Notes: generated by a model not told the origin, from the letters alone. A stretch of DNA of 64,000 nt from an uncultured Acidobacteriaceae bacterium (GCA_963841345.1 CAWJCK010000003.1:3712342-3776341), one strand, 5' to 3'; positions 10,081 to 20,634 are shown, numbered from the stretch's first letter. Translations and numbers: made by a program.

Positions 10081-10680
10081 TCATTCTGCAAGCTTCTTGT
10101 AAAGCGGACCGCACCTGTCGTGGCTGGCGTAGTAGGTGGCCATCACGTCAGGAGTGGCCGGACGATCTCGATAGAAGAGCAGCGTTGGCTTGTCCTTATA
10201 CGTGGTCCGCTCCGCTTCGCGGTAACCGGATTTCTCGGCGAGATGAATGGATGCGGCATTTTCAGGGTGAATGATGCAGGCGGTTTTTGTCGCGCTAAAG
10301 TGTGCATCACCCCAGAGGAGAATAGCTCTAACAGCTTCTGTCGCGTAGCCCTTCCCATGTGCGGCGGAAGAGAAGACCCATCCTGCCTCGGGAGTATCTC
10401 CTAGCGATGGGTCGAGATCGCGCTTCAGGTCGGCGAAGCCGAGTTCTCCCAGGAAGTTTCCCGTGGCTTTTTCTTCTACGACCCAATAGCCGAAGCCGAG
10501 CAATTCCCAATGGCCGGCGTATCGCAGCAGGCGGGACCAGGACTCTTCGGCGGTGAGTGGAACTCCGCCGATGTAGCGCGTAACGATTGGGTCTGCCCAG
10601 AGACTGGCGCAGGCGGCGAAGTCTTCGAGGCGATGTCCGCGCAGCGTGAGGCGGTCGGTCTCCAATATTGGAATGGTCAC
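10081..10680 (-). CDS. GNAT (RimJ/RimL-like) N-acetyltransferase
   Basis: LETDRLTLR, PEAGW, HGKGYATEA, PENAASI. Confidence 0.9.
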   Translation of the reverse strand: MTIPILETDRLTLRGHRLEDFAACASLWADPIVTRYIGGVPLTAEESWSRLLRYAGHWELLGFGYWVVEEKATGNFLGELGFADLKRDLDPSLGDTPEAGWVFSSAAHGKGYATEAVRAILLWGDAHFSATKTACIIHPENAASIHLAEKSGYREAERTTYKDKPTLLFYRDRPATPDVMATYYASHDRCGPLYKKLAE

Positions 10681-10686
10681 TCTGGA

Positions 10687-11484
10687 CTATTCTCCCAGCA
10701 TGAAGCGCTGGACCCTAGTTGCGCGCCCGGTTCCGCCGTTGCACTCGATCAGCGTTGCGCACATGCGGGCGTCGTTGCGGGCTGGTTCAAATTTGCCCGG
10801 CATGCCGGTGAGAAACCGGGCAAGCACCAGCTCTTTTTCAACACCGATGACGCTGTCGTAGGGGCCGCTCATGCCGACGTCGGTCTGGTAGGCAGTGCCT
10901 CCGGGGAGGATGCGGTCGTCGGCGGTGGGAATATGCGTGTGGGTGCCGAGAAGCGCCGTTACGCGTCCGTCGAGATACCAGCCCATCGCGACTTTCTCCG
11001 AGGTCGCCTCGCCGTGGAAATCGACCAAAATCGTCTTCGCTTTGATCTGTTTGAGTACTGCGTCGATGGTGCGAAAAGGGTCTTCCGGGGTGTTCATGAA
11101 GACCCTGCCCTGCAGGTTCACCACGGCGTAGGCCTGCCCGTTCGGCAGCATACCTTCGTAGAAGCCGTAGCCGGGCGCGGAGGGAGCGTAGTTTGCCGGG
11201 CGCACGATGCGGCGCGGGCGTTCATGGCTGTCGGCTGGGACCGACTGCATATATTCAATGATCTCCTTCTTGTCCCAGACGTGGTTGCCAGTGGTGAGCA
11301 CGTGAGCGCCGAGATCGAAGAGTTCGTCCGCAGTGGCCGGAGTGACGCCGAAGCCGCCCGCGGAGTTTTCCGCGTTGATTACTACCAGATCGACATGGTG
11401 CTGGGCGATCAGTGAGGCGAGATGTTCCCCGACAATGCGCCGGCCGGGACTGCCAAATACATCCCCCACGAAAAGAATTTGCAA
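10687..11484 (-). CDS. ymdB: TIGR00282/YmdB-family metallophosphoesterase
   Basis: GDVFG, NAENSAGG, TTGNH, DFHGEATSEK, GTHTH, TDVGMSG. Confidence 0.92.
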   Translation of the reverse strand: MQILFVGDVFGSPGRRIVGEHLASLIAQHHVDLVVINAENSAGGFGVTPATADELFDLGAHVLTTGNHVWDKKEIIEYMQSVPADSHERPRRIVRPANYAPSAPGYGFYEGMLPNGQAYAVVNLQGRVFMNTPEDPFRTIDAVLKQIKAKTILVDFHGEATSEKVAMGWYLDGRVTALLGTHTHIPTADDRILPGGTAYQTDVGMSGPYDSVIGVEKELVLARFLTGMPGKFEPARNDARMCATLIECNGGTGRATRVQRFMLGE

Positions 11485-11620
11485 TCAATCACTCCCTATT
11501 TTGGTTTGGTTACAAATTGATGAATGCTCTGCGTCCGCAAGCACAGCATTTCGCTGGACAAGTTACGAATGCGTACAATTCACAGTGCTGAATCGGCGGT
11601 CGATGTGTTAGCGTGACCGC

Positions 11621-12034
11621 ATGGCCGCGAACACCAGATTCTGCACCGGAATCCATACTTTAGTCCTGCTTGCCGCAGATCCCGATGTTCAGCAAACTTC
11701 GGACGAGATAGCCCGCAAACTGAATACCAATCCAGTCGTCATTCGTAGAGTACTATCATTGCTGCGGCAGGCGGGCCTGGTCAGCAGCCAGAAAGGCCCG
11801 AGCGGCGGTTCGAAGCTGGCCAAGCCAGGCAAGGCGATTAAGCTCGGCGACATCTACCGGGCGCTTGAACCAGTCTCGATCTTCCCTGGCTCGAACCTCA
11901 CTGGCGACCATGCGGACAAGGTGAATGGAGCGCTCGAAAAGATCTACCGCGACGCCCAGGAAGCGCTCGAGGCGGAGCTTGATGGCACAACACTCAACCA
12001 ACTGGCAAAGAAGTCCGAAAAGAAGAAGAAATAG
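11621..12034 (+). CDS. Rrf2-family transcriptional regulator (no Fe-S Cys cluster)
   Basis: TSDEIARKLNTNPVVIRRVLSLL..AGLVSSQKGPSGG. Confidence 0.88.
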   Translation: MAANTRFCTGIHTLVLLAADPDVQQTSDEIARKLNTNPVVIRRVLSLLRQAGLVSSQKGPSGGSKLAKPGKAIKLGDIYRALEPVSIFPGSNLTGDHADKVNGALEKIYRDAQEALEAELDGTTLNQLAKKSEKKKK

Positions 12035-12325
12035 CCATCAGCATAACCCCAGCGATTCCGCGGCGTTCCCCCGAACCATCCTCCAGTCTCGCCCCGAGGG
12101 GCCGACTGCCGGGCGTGGCTTCCGATCTGCGTAAGATTTACGGTGTGGTAACAAATCCGTTGCCGCCGCGCGACTTATTTTCAAGAATTGCGTCCCAGTG
12201 GAGTGGAAGTCTTCGCGGAGGGCGCGGAGGCAACGACACAGGACGATGACGGGGTCTATCATGACCAACGAGTTCACTCGACGTCTTAATGCTGTTTAGC
12301 TTTTCATTTTTTTAAACGAGGCGCA

Positions 12326-15300
12326 ATGCAAAGGTCTTTCGGTCGTTTCTCAGGGTTCTCTCTAGTTGTGCTGTCTATCGCTGTTCTGAGTCTCTCTGCT
12401 GCATCCCATGCGTCCGCGCAGGACCGGATCGTCGAGGCTATCGAAAATGGCAAAGTATCGGCGCTGCCGGGGACAATGCATCCTCTGGCGCAGGCCCGAT
12501 TCGATCAGGGCCCGCTCGACGGCGGTCGAAGGCTGCCGGGAATGAGTATCGATTTTCAGCGCACTCCAGCTCAACAGTCGGCGCTGGCGGCGCTGTTAAA
12601 AGCTCAGCTGGATCCCTCGTCGCCCAGCTACCATCACTGGCTCACAGCGGAGGAGTTTGGCGCCCAATTCGGGATGAGCCACTCGGACATCGGAAAGGCT
12701 ACGGCGTGGCTGCAGTCTCAGGGTTTCACCATTGACAAAGTGGCCGACAGCCAAAATTCCATTCGTTTCAGTGGCATGGTAGCGCAGGCCGAGGCGGCTT
12801 TTCACACGCAAATCCACAAGTACACAGTGAACGGTCAGGTACATTTCGCCAATTCGACAGCAGTGTCGCTGCCTCAGGCGCTGGCCTCCAGCGTGATCCA
12901 TGTCGGAGGTCTGAACAATTTCGGCCCCAAACCAGGCAACGTGCGCCCGAATAACCTTAGATCTGGGCCCAAACCAGCTTTTACTTCAGGATCGAATGCT
13001 CCGGATGCGGGCAGCCACTATCTGGCGCCCAGCGATTTTGCGATCATTTACGACTTGAATCCGCTTTATACCGCAGGCTTCAACGGTTCCGGGCAAACGA
13101 TTGGGATCATGGGCCAGACGGACATCGTGATGGCCGACATCACCGATTTCCGCACCAATGCGCAGTTGCCGGCTTACAACACAACGGGCAACCCCACGTT
13201 CACCAGCTACCTGATTCCAGGTGCAACCGATCCCGGGGTTCAGTATCTCTCGGGCGACGTTAACGAGGCCGATCTCGATATCGAGTGGTCAGGCGGCGTT
13301 GCGCCAAATGCCAACATACTCTTCGTAATCTCGAGCGAGGACGAGATTTTCGACGCGTTGCAGTATGCGATCGAGAACACGATCAATGGCTTGCAGGTGC
13401 CGATCCTCAGTATCAGCTACGCGGGCTGCGAAGCTGCACAATCCACTGCCGCGATACAAAGCCTCGAAGCAAGTTTTCAGCAGGCGAATGTCCAGGGGCA
13501 GACGGTCATAAACTCCTCCGGAGACTCGGGCGCGGCGGCGTGCGACGATCAAACAGAAATAGTAACCTCCGCCGTCCAGGGTTTAGCGGTGAACTATCCA
13601 GCCAGCAGCGCCTACGTGACCGGTCTCGGCGGCAGCGAATTCATGGGTGACGGCACCGCCGCGAATCCCTCGACTGGGGCTGATCAATATTGGTTGGGCA
13701 CGGGATCGACTGACCTGTTGACCTCGGCCAAGTCTTATATCCCGGAGGGAGCATGGAACGACACTGCTTTTGTAATCCCCCTTGGCGGCGGTCTCTCGGC
13801 CGGCGGCGGTGGTAAGAGTATTCTTTTCACCAAGCCAAGCTGGCAGGCAGGCGTCCCCGGGATTCCGAACGACAATGCGCGCGACGTGCCGGACCTCTCC
13901 CTGAGTGCTTCCGCAGACCATGACGGCTATCTGGTTTGCACCCAGATTATTCTTGCCTCCGACGACAACCCAGATCCGACCAGTGCCGACTTCACTTCCA
14001 GTTGCAGCGTTGGATTCAGGATCTCCGATCCTAATTACGCAGGCCCGCCGGACGAAGACGATAACGGCTATCCGACTATCTACGGTGGGACCTCGGTCGC
14101 CGCGCCGAGCTTCGCCGGAATTCTTGCCCTGATCGAGCAGAAGCTAGGCACCCCTTTGGGGAATATCAATCCGACCCTCTACACGCTGGCGTCGAATTCC
14201 GCCACCTATGCCTCGGCTTTCCACGACATCACAACGGGCAATAATGAGGTGCCGTGCACAAGCGGGTCGCCAAACTGCCCCACCAGCGGCACACAGGTGA
14301 TCGGCTACGTGGCGGGCACCGGATATGACGAGGCGACCGGGCTTGGTTCCGTCGATGGAAACGAGTTGGCTATCGCGTTTGGGACAGTCGAAACCAAGGC
14401 AGGAACCACTACCGGGGTTGTCTTGACGCCGACAGCTCCGGTGGTGGGTCAGGCAATAACGCTAAGCGCTACCATTAAACCCAACACCGGCAGCGCTACA
14501 GCGCCAACCGGCACCGTGATTTTCTCGGTTGACGGCGTCGCGGTGAACACCGCCGATGTGACGGCTGGCACCGCGACGTATTCCCCGTACAGCTTCTCGA
14601 CCGGCGGGACGCATACGATCACGGCGGCGTATTCGGGCGACTCGAACTACTTCGCTTCAACGACCACGTCGACCGTCACGGTCACCGCGGCTTCAACTGC
14701 GGCGCCGACGACAACTACTCTCTCCACGGGGGGAGTGACCACCGTCGCCCTTAACCAAGGATCGATCACGCTCACGGCGACAGTCACGTCGGCTACAGCG
14801 GGGACGATAGCCGGGCAAGTTGAGTTCACGATCGGCACGGTCACCCTTGCGCCGGTCCAAGTGACGTCCGGAGCGAGCGGTTCCGCAACGGCATCGACGA
14901 CGGTTGCTGCAACAGCCGCCAACGGATTCACGGCCGGAACCACCTCGATTTCAGCTGCGTACGGCGGCGATTCGGCTTATTCCGGATCGGCTTCAACAGC
15001 GACGGTGATTTCGGTCACCAATCCGGCTCTGACGATGACGGTGGCGAACATGACCATCTCCGGATCCGCGCCCGGCAATACGGGGACATCGGCGATTTCG
15101 ATTACCTCGACCGGCGGGTATGCGGGAACGGTGAACCTTACGGCAACGGCAACGACGCTGGATGCGAGTTATTCCATCACGCCCACTTCGGTCTCGATCG
15201 CCAGCGGCGGGACCGGAACGGCGTCGATCAGCATCCAGACAATCGCCTCAGACATCAGGAAGGGCGTGAACGGCAATCTGAGGAGGGCGACGACAAGCAA

Positions 15301-15568
15301 TAATCGGGTCATCGTGGGGGCCGCGGCGGCCTTCCTTGGCGGCATCTTCCTGCTGGGCATTCCGGGCTTCCGGAAGAAGCGGTGGCCGATGCTGACAATG
15401 CTCCTGTTGCTGGGTGCGCTGAGCGGCGGAATAGGCTGTGGCGGCGGTGGCGGTGGAAGCGGTTCGGGGGCTTCTCCGAAGGGCACTTATACGGTGACGG
15501 TGACGGCGACAGACAGCGCGACCGCCTCGATTACCGTGTCAACCAACTTTACGGTGACGATCCAGTAG
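12326..15568 (+). CDS. S53 (sedolisin/kumamolisin) peptidase with pro-domain, Ig-like (Big_3) repeats and C-terminal membrane region
   Basis: Signal peptide; EADLDIEW, SSGDSG, GGTSVAAP, GYDEATGLGS Ca site; Thr-rich Ig repeats. Confidence 0.92.
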   Translation: MQRSFGRFSGFSLVVLSIAVLSLSAASHASAQDRIVEAIENGKVSALPGTMHPLAQARFDQGPLDGGRRLPGMSIDFQRTPAQQSALAALLKAQLDPSSPSYHHWLTAEEFGAQFGMSHSDIGKATAWLQSQGFTIDKVADSQNSIRFSGMVAQAEAAFHTQIHKYTVNGQVHFANSTAVSLPQALASSVIHVGGLNNFGPKPGNVRPNNLRSGPKPAFTSGSNAPDAGSHYLAPSDFAIIYDLNPLYTAGFNGSGQTIGIMGQTDIVMADITDFRTNAQLPAYNTTGNPTFTSYLIPGATDPGVQYLSGDVNEADLDIEWSGGVAPNANILFVISSEDEIFDALQYAIENTINGLQVPILSISYAGCEAAQSTAAIQSLEASFQQANVQGQTVINSSGDSGAAACDDQTEIVTSAVQGLAVNYPASSAYVTGLGGSEFMGDGTAANPSTGADQYWLGTGSTDLLTSAKSYIPEGAWNDTAFVIPLGGGLSAGGGGKSILFTKPSWQAGVPGIPNDNARDVPDLSLSASADHDGYLVCTQIILASDDNPDPTSADFTSSCSVGFRISDPNYAGPPDEDDNGYPTIYGGTSVAAPSFAGILALIEQKLGTPLGNINPTLYTLASNSATYASAFHDITTGNNEVPCTSGSPNCPTSGTQVIGYVAGTGYDEATGLGSVDGNELAIAFGTVETKAGTTTGVVLTPTAPVVGQAITLSATIKPNTGSATAPTGTVIFSVDGVAVNTADVTAGTATYSPYSFSTGGTHTITAAYSGDSNYFASTTTSTVTVTAASTAAPTTTTLSTGGVTTVALNQGSITLTATVTSATAGTIAGQVEFTIGTVTLAPVQVTSGASGSATASTTVAATAANGFTAGTTSISAAYGGDSAYSGSASTATVISVTNPALTMTVANMTISGSAPGNTGTSAISITSTGGYAGTVNLTATATTLDASYSITPTSVSIASGGTGTASISIQTIASDIRKGVNGNLRRATTSNNRVIVGAAAAFLGGIFLLGIPGFRKKRWPMLTMLLLLGALSGGIGCGGGGGGSGSGASPKGTYTVTVTATDSATASITVSTNFTVTIQ

Positions 15569-15593
15569 AAAGCCGGGTGGAGTGTTCAGCGTG

Positions 15594-15625
15594 AAAGGCC
15601 AGAGGCTTATGCCTCTGGCCTTTTT
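15594..15625. terminator. Bidirectional intrinsic terminator
   Basis: AAAGGCCAGAGGC-TTAT-GCCTCTGGCCTTT between convergent genes. Confidence 0.85.
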
Positions 15626-15660
15626 GTGCCGGTTAACTGCGGCAGCTAAAGGCGCCGATG

Positions 15661-16239
15661 CTAGAACTTCACGACAGGCGCGGTTTTGGCTCCTTCGCTG
15701 GCGGCGAAGTAGGCGTTGTCAGGCTGGAAGCCGGCGAATCCAGCCCAGATGCTGTTGGGGAATTGGCGGATGAAGGTGTTGTAGGCCTGCAATGCCTGGT
15801 TGTAGCGGTTGCGCGCGACGGAGATCCGGTTCTCCGAACCCTCGAGCTGGTCCTGCAAGGCGAGGAAATTCTGGTTCGATTTCAGCTCGGGATAGTTCTC
15901 AGAGAGCGCGAGCAGCCTGCCGAAGGCGCTGTCGAGCTTGCCGTTGGCCTCGATCTTGCTCTGCGGGTCGCGGGCGTTGAGGAGTCCGGCGCGGGCATTG
16001 GCGATGTCGCCGAAAACAGTCTCTTCGTGAGTCGCAAAGCCCTTCACTGTGGCGACAAGGTTTGGGACCAAATCGGCGCGGCGCTGCAACTGGACGTCGA
16101 CTTGCGACCAGGCGGCCTTCTTGGTCTCGTCCAATGAAACCATCTGATTCTTGGCGCTGACGTAACTGCCAAACACCATTAGCAGAACGACTACGATGAC
16201 GGCTACGATTCCCAATCCAACTACGAGTCCACGCTTCAT
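15661..16239 (-). CDS. lemA: LemA-family protein
   Basis: AWSQVDVQLQRRADLVPNLV, ENYPELKSNQNF, ENRISVARNRYN; start at MKRGLVV. Confidence 0.93.
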   Translation of the reverse strand: MKRGLVVGLGIVAVIVVVLLMVFGSYVSAKNQMVSLDETKKAAWSQVDVQLQRRADLVPNLVATVKGFATHEETVFGDIANARAGLLNARDPQSKIEANGKLDSAFGRLLALSENYPELKSNQNFLALQDQLEGSENRISVARNRYNQALQAYNTFIRQFPNSIWAGFAGFQPDNAYFAASEGAKTAPVVKF

Positions 16240-16360
16240 TCGAACACTCCCTTTTGAAAACCCAGGCCTAAGCCTTTCGTGCTTGACTATTGTTCGGGGC
16301 CATGGCCCCACGCTTCCACCAACGACGAAGACACCGTCTCTTCGCGATTGCAGCCTAATC

Positions 16361-17134
16361 TTACCAGTCTCCCGATGCTCCGCCGCCGCCGGAGCTTCCG
16401 CCACCGAAACCGCCAAAGCCTCCTCCGCCGTCGCCGCCTCCTCCTCCTCCTCCACCGAAGCCTCCGCCCCCGAGGAACATGCCGAGCAGGAAGCCGATCG
16501 TGCCGGACGGCGCGAAGCGGGCGAGCAGGAAGAAGATAACGAGGAGGACTGCGCCGCCGATCAGCAACTGGCCAAGGCTGATCTGTTTGCCCTCACGTTG
16601 AGGCGGCCCGCGACGGGGCGCGGCCTGAAGATCGACTCCGGCATCGGCGGCGATGACCTGCGCGACCTGGACGACGGCGGAAGAGATCGCGGCGTTGTAG
16701 TTCCCTGCTTGCAATTGCGGAACGATGGAACGGCCGATGACGCCGACCTTGCTGTCGGGGAGAATGCCTTCGAGGCCATAGCCGGTCTCGATGCGGCGCT
16801 TGCGGTCCTGAATGGCGAAGAGCAGGATGACACCGCGGTCGGTTCCCTTTGCGCCGACCTTCCATTTGTCTTCGAGGGCGGTGGTGAATTCTTCTATCGG
16901 CTCGCCGTCGAGAGATTTGACCGTGACCACGGCAATCTGCGCGTGGGCCTGGAGATCGACCTGCCGGCAGAGCGCGTTTAGCCCCTGGATGGTCTGGGGC
17001 GAAAGCGCTCCGGCAAGGTCGCTGACGTAGTTGGTGGGCTGGGGAAGGTCCTGGACCCGCTCGGCGCGGAGAAGCGGGGCGGCGATAACGACGAAAAGAG
17101 CCGCGATGATGGCGCGAATCGAACGGACTTGCAT
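16361..17134 (-). CDS. TPM-domain (YgcG-like) membrane protein
   Basis: NYVSDLAGAL, IETGYGLEGILPD, Gly-rich tail ending GGGGASGDW. Confidence 0.9.
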   Translation of the reverse strand: MQVRSIRAIIAALFVVIAAPLLRAERVQDLPQPTNYVSDLAGALSPQTIQGLNALCRQVDLQAHAQIAVVTVKSLDGEPIEEFTTALEDKWKVGAKGTDRGVILLFAIQDRKRRIETGYGLEGILPDSKVGVIGRSIVPQLQAGNYNAAISSAVVQVAQVIAADAGVDLQAAPRRGPPQREGKQISLGQLLIGGAVLLVIFFLLARFAPSGTIGFLLGMFLGGGGFGGGGGGGGDGGGGFGGFGGGSSGGGGASGDW

Positions 17135-17250
17135 CAGCTCGATTGTACTCATTCAGCCAGATGGAGAAATTGGTCGCGCGAAGGCAATGAAAGGGGCTGC
17201 CGTCTGGCACCCCCTTTCATTGCTCGTTGGTTGAGCTGGGCTCGGAATTG

Positions 17251-17907
17251 CTATTTCGTACCGCCATTCGACGCCATGGCGTCAGTCTTCTGGCTGATCT
17301 CCTGGGCCATCTGCAGATGCTGGTTAATGATCGGCGCATACTGAGTGGCGGCGCCTTTCACGGCGAGGTTGGAGCCCTGGTCAGCCTCGGAGTGGAAGTC
17401 GGCCAGGTCGCCTTTATGGTCTTTGACCATGTCTTTCATGTAGGCCTTATCGAAATCGTCACCGTTCAATGCCTGGAGTTTGGCGATTGTCGCCTTGTCC
17501 TTCTTCGAGGGGCCGTCGGGGATTTTCAGGCCGATTTGTTGCGCGATCGGTTTCAACTGATCGCCCATCCTGGTGTGATCATCGACCATTTTCTGAGCAA
17601 ACTGTTTCACGCCGGCATTGTTGCTTTTCTGCAAGGCCAGCTGGCCGAGTTGGACCTCTGCCATGCCGCCTTCCAGTGCGTTCTTCAGGAAGACGCGATC
17701 CTGGGGGCTGGTCGCCCCAGCCGGAACGGCGTTGATGCCGTTGGCGGTGGTGTTCATGTTGTTGGTTGTGGTGCTCTGCGGATTATCCAGCCCGGTCTGC
17801 GCGGGCTGTCCCTGGGGCATCGTTTGCGCCATCGCGGTCACCCCGCATAGCAATAATGGGCCGGCAAATGCTGCGAAGAAGGAAGAAGTTCGGCGGAAAG
17901 AGATCAT
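17251..17907 (-). CDS. DUF4142-domain secreted protein
   Basis: DRVFLKNALEGGMAEVQLGQLA, FAQKMVDDH, FDKAYMKDMVKDH. Confidence 0.88.
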   Translation of the reverse strand: MISFRRTSSFFAAFAGPLLLCGVTAMAQTMPQGQPAQTGLDNPQSTTTNNMNTTANGINAVPAGATSPQDRVFLKNALEGGMAEVQLGQLALQKSNNAGVKQFAQKMVDDHTRMGDQLKPIAQQIGLKIPDGPSKKDKATIAKLQALNGDDFDKAYMKDMVKDHKGDLADFHSEADQGSNLAVKGAATQYAPIINQHLQMAQEISQKTDAMASNGGTK

Positions 17908-18097
17908 GGCGGTGTACTCCTCACTGATTTGGATGCCGGGTTGCCTCTGGCGGGAGGCCTATCCTGAATACGTAGTGCATTCCCGAAAGGACGCATGCGT
18001 CATCCCTTTCATATTCATACGCGCCGGAGTGTCACACCGCCCACATCTGGCCGAACGCTCCAAGCGGGTGATGACGCCCCCTGCTATATCCTGAAGA

Positions 18098-20185
18098 TTG
18101 ACCATGACTGAGACGAACCTGCTGCAGATAGCCCCTCCCGTTGCCCGCGTTGAGCATACCGAGAAGACCCTCCACAACCACACTTTGATCGACGACTACG
18201 CATGGCTTCGGGAAAAATCCAGTCCCGAGGTGATTGCGTATCTTGAGGCCGAAAACGCCTATACCGATACGGTGATGAAACCGACCGAGGCGCTGCAAAA
18301 GACGCTCTACAACGAAATGGTGAGCCACATCAAAGAGACGGATGAGTCGGTTCCCTATAAGGATGGCGGCTACTTCTACTATTTGCGCACTGAGCAGTCG
18401 CTGCAGTATCCCATCTATTGCCGCAAGAAGGGCTCGATCGACGCTCCGGAAGAGATCATGCTCGATGTGAACAAATTGGCCGAGGGCGAGGCATTTATGG
18501 CCATTGGCGGCATGTCGGTTTCAGATGATGGCAACCTGCTGGCGTATTCGACCGATACCACCGGTTTCCGGCAGTACACCCTGCATGTGAAGGACCTGCG
18601 CAGCGATGAACTGCTTGGCGAGCGCGTGGAGCGGGCGGGTTCGATCGAGTGGGCGAACGATAATGTGACACTCTTCTATACCGTCGAGGACGAGGAGCAG
18701 AAGCGGCAGTATCAGCTCTACCGGCATACGCTCGGCGCCCCGCATGATCAAGACCCGCTCGTGTATGAGGAGAACGACGAGCGCTTCAACATTGGCGTGG
18801 GGAAGACGCGTGATGGCAAGTATCTACTGCTGGAATCGGCGAGCCACACGACAAGCGAACAGCGTTTTCTCTCGGCGGACGATCCGACTGGCCCATGGAC
18901 GCTAATTATGGGGCGCCGGGATGAGCATGAGTATTATGCCGACCACCGGAGCGGCCTGTTCTACATTCGGACCAACGATAGAGGACGCAATTTTCGGTTA
19001 GTGACGGCGCCGGCTAATTCGCCTACGCCGGATAACTGGAGCGAAGTAATTCCGCACCGCGCTGAAGTGATGCTGGAAGATATCGACCTGTTTTCTTCGT
19101 TCTATGTGGCTTATGAGCGGTCCGATGGTCTGCCACGCTTGCGTGTAGCGCGCTTCGCAGGGGACGGCGTTGAGGCTGGGCCGGCGGTCGATATCGGGTT
19201 TCCTGAGCCGGTTTACAGCGCGCATCCGCATACCAATCACGAATTTGTAACAACGACATTCCGCTATAGCTACCAGTCGCTCGTGACTCCGGGTTCAGTC
19301 TATGAATATGACGTGGAGTCTGGCGCCTCGGCGCTGCTGAAGCAGCAGGAGGTTCCGGGCGGATTCGATCGCGAGCTCTACCAATCGGAACGGCTGTTCG
19401 CGACTGCCGACGATGGCGCGAAGATTCCGGTATCGCTGGTGTATCGCAAAGACATGAAGGGTGAGGGAACGAATCCGCTCCATGTGTATGGCTATGGGTC
19501 CTATGGCTACTCGCTGCCGATCGGTTTCAACAGCAATCGCCTGAGCCTGCTCGATCGGGGCTTTGTGTTTGCCTATGCGCATGTTCGCGGCGGGGGCGAT
19601 ATGGGCAAGCCGTGGCACGATGCCGGCCGGCTAATGCAGAAGCGTAATACGTTTACGGATTTTGTTGCTGCGACTGAGGAGCTGTTGAAGCAAGGATATG
19701 GCGATCCGAAGCGAGTCTCAGCCGAGGGGGGCAGTGCGGGCGGATTGCTGATGGGAGCGATTGTCAATCTTCGCCCCGAACTCTATCACGCGATCGTGAG
19801 CCACGTGCCGTTTGTGGATGTGATGAATACCATGCTCGACGCTTCCCTGCCGTTGACGGTTCCCGAATATGAAGAATGGGGAAACCCGAACGAAGCGGAA
19901 GCCTTTGACTATATGTTGAGTTATTCGCCGTACGATAACTTGCAGGCGGGGAGTTATCCGGCGATGTTAATCAAGACTTCGCTCAACGATAGCCAGGTTA
20001 TGTACTGGGAACCGGCAAAGTACGTGGCTAAGCTGCGGACATTGAAAATGGGCGACTCCGAGTTGATGCTGCATACAAACATGAGCGCCGGCCATGGCGG
20101 GGCCTCGGGGCGATATGACTATTTGAAAGAGATTGCCTTTGATTATGCGTTTCTCTTGAAAGAAGTGGGTGCGGAGAAAAGTTAG
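18098..20185 (+). CDS. ptrB: Oligopeptidase B (S9A)
   Basis: DDYAWLR, YGYGSYG, GGSAGG, NDSQVMYWEPAK, HGGASGR. Confidence 0.93.
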   Translation: MTMTETNLLQIAPPVARVEHTEKTLHNHTLIDDYAWLREKSSPEVIAYLEAENAYTDTVMKPTEALQKTLYNEMVSHIKETDESVPYKDGGYFYYLRTEQSLQYPIYCRKKGSIDAPEEIMLDVNKLAEGEAFMAIGGMSVSDDGNLLAYSTDTTGFRQYTLHVKDLRSDELLGERVERAGSIEWANDNVTLFYTVEDEEQKRQYQLYRHTLGAPHDQDPLVYEENDERFNIGVGKTRDGKYLLLESASHTTSEQRFLSADDPTGPWTLIMGRRDEHEYYADHRSGLFYIRTNDRGRNFRLVTAPANSPTPDNWSEVIPHRAEVMLEDIDLFSSFYVAYERSDGLPRLRVARFAGDGVEAGPAVDIGFPEPVYSAHPHTNHEFVTTTFRYSYQSLVTPGSVYEYDVESGASALLKQQEVPGGFDRELYQSERLFATADDGAKIPVSLVYRKDMKGEGTNPLHVYGYGSYGYSLPIGFNSNRLSLLDRGFVFAYAHVRGGGDMGKPWHDAGRLMQKRNTFTDFVAATEELLKQGYGDPKRVSAEGGSAGGLLMGAIVNLRPELYHAIVSHVPFVDVMNTMLDASLPLTVPEYEEWGNPNEAEAFDYMLSYSPYDNLQAGSYPAMLIKTSLNDSQVMYWEPAKYVAKLRTLKMGDSELMLHTNMSAGHGGASGRYDYLKEIAFDYAFLLKEVGAEKS

Positions 20186-20634
20186 CTCCACGCTTCGGTC
20201 TTCCAGAATGCGTGACCACTGAGCCGCTCGGCCGCGAAAAGGAACAGCAAGCCAAGGACAAAGACGCCAGGGACGATGGGCCAGCGGCCCTCCACGGCGT
20301 CCAGAATGGCATCCGCCAACTGGATAAAACCAGTGAGCGCCAGCAAGTTGCCGAGTGCTCTTGTCTTTCGGATCGCCATAAGGACGAATAACAGCGCCGC
20401 TATACACAGGTTGCGAGAGGCAAGATAGCCGGCGTAGATGTGCACTGCGCCATTGATCTGGTCGTGTGGAGAGACAAGCATTGCGGGATTCACGAGTGCG
20501 ATGATTCCCCCAGCAGCCATCAGGAGAGCACCGACGAGCACGACGGCGCATACCCACCAGGGCGCAGCTTGATGGTCGCTGGATACGCTGCGGCCGGAAG
20601 TTCGTTGGACATTCGATTGCTTAGATCCGCTCAT
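20182..20634 (-). CDS. Four-TM hypothetical membrane protein (DUF4267-like)
   Basis: Hydrophobic helices; YLASRN..IQLADA pattern. Confidence 0.6.
   Translation of the reverse strand: MSGSKQSNVQRTSGRSVSSDHQAAPWWVCAVVLVGALLMAAGGIIALVNPAMLVSPHDQINGAVHIYAGYLASRNLCIAALLFVLMAIRKTRALGNLLALTGFIQLADAILDAVEGRWPIVPGVFVLGLLFLFAAERLSGHAFWKTEAWS

Noticed and set aside
12036-12260. 6S RNA or a known riboswitch near ymdB
   Set aside because: No recognisable consensus (6S central bulge, SAM, TPP, cobalamin, c-di-GMP, ydaO) could be matched by eye; kept only as a low-interest finding.
16361-16480. GCC/CCG low-complexity repeat
   Set aside because: It encodes the normal Gly-rich tail of TPM-domain proteins.
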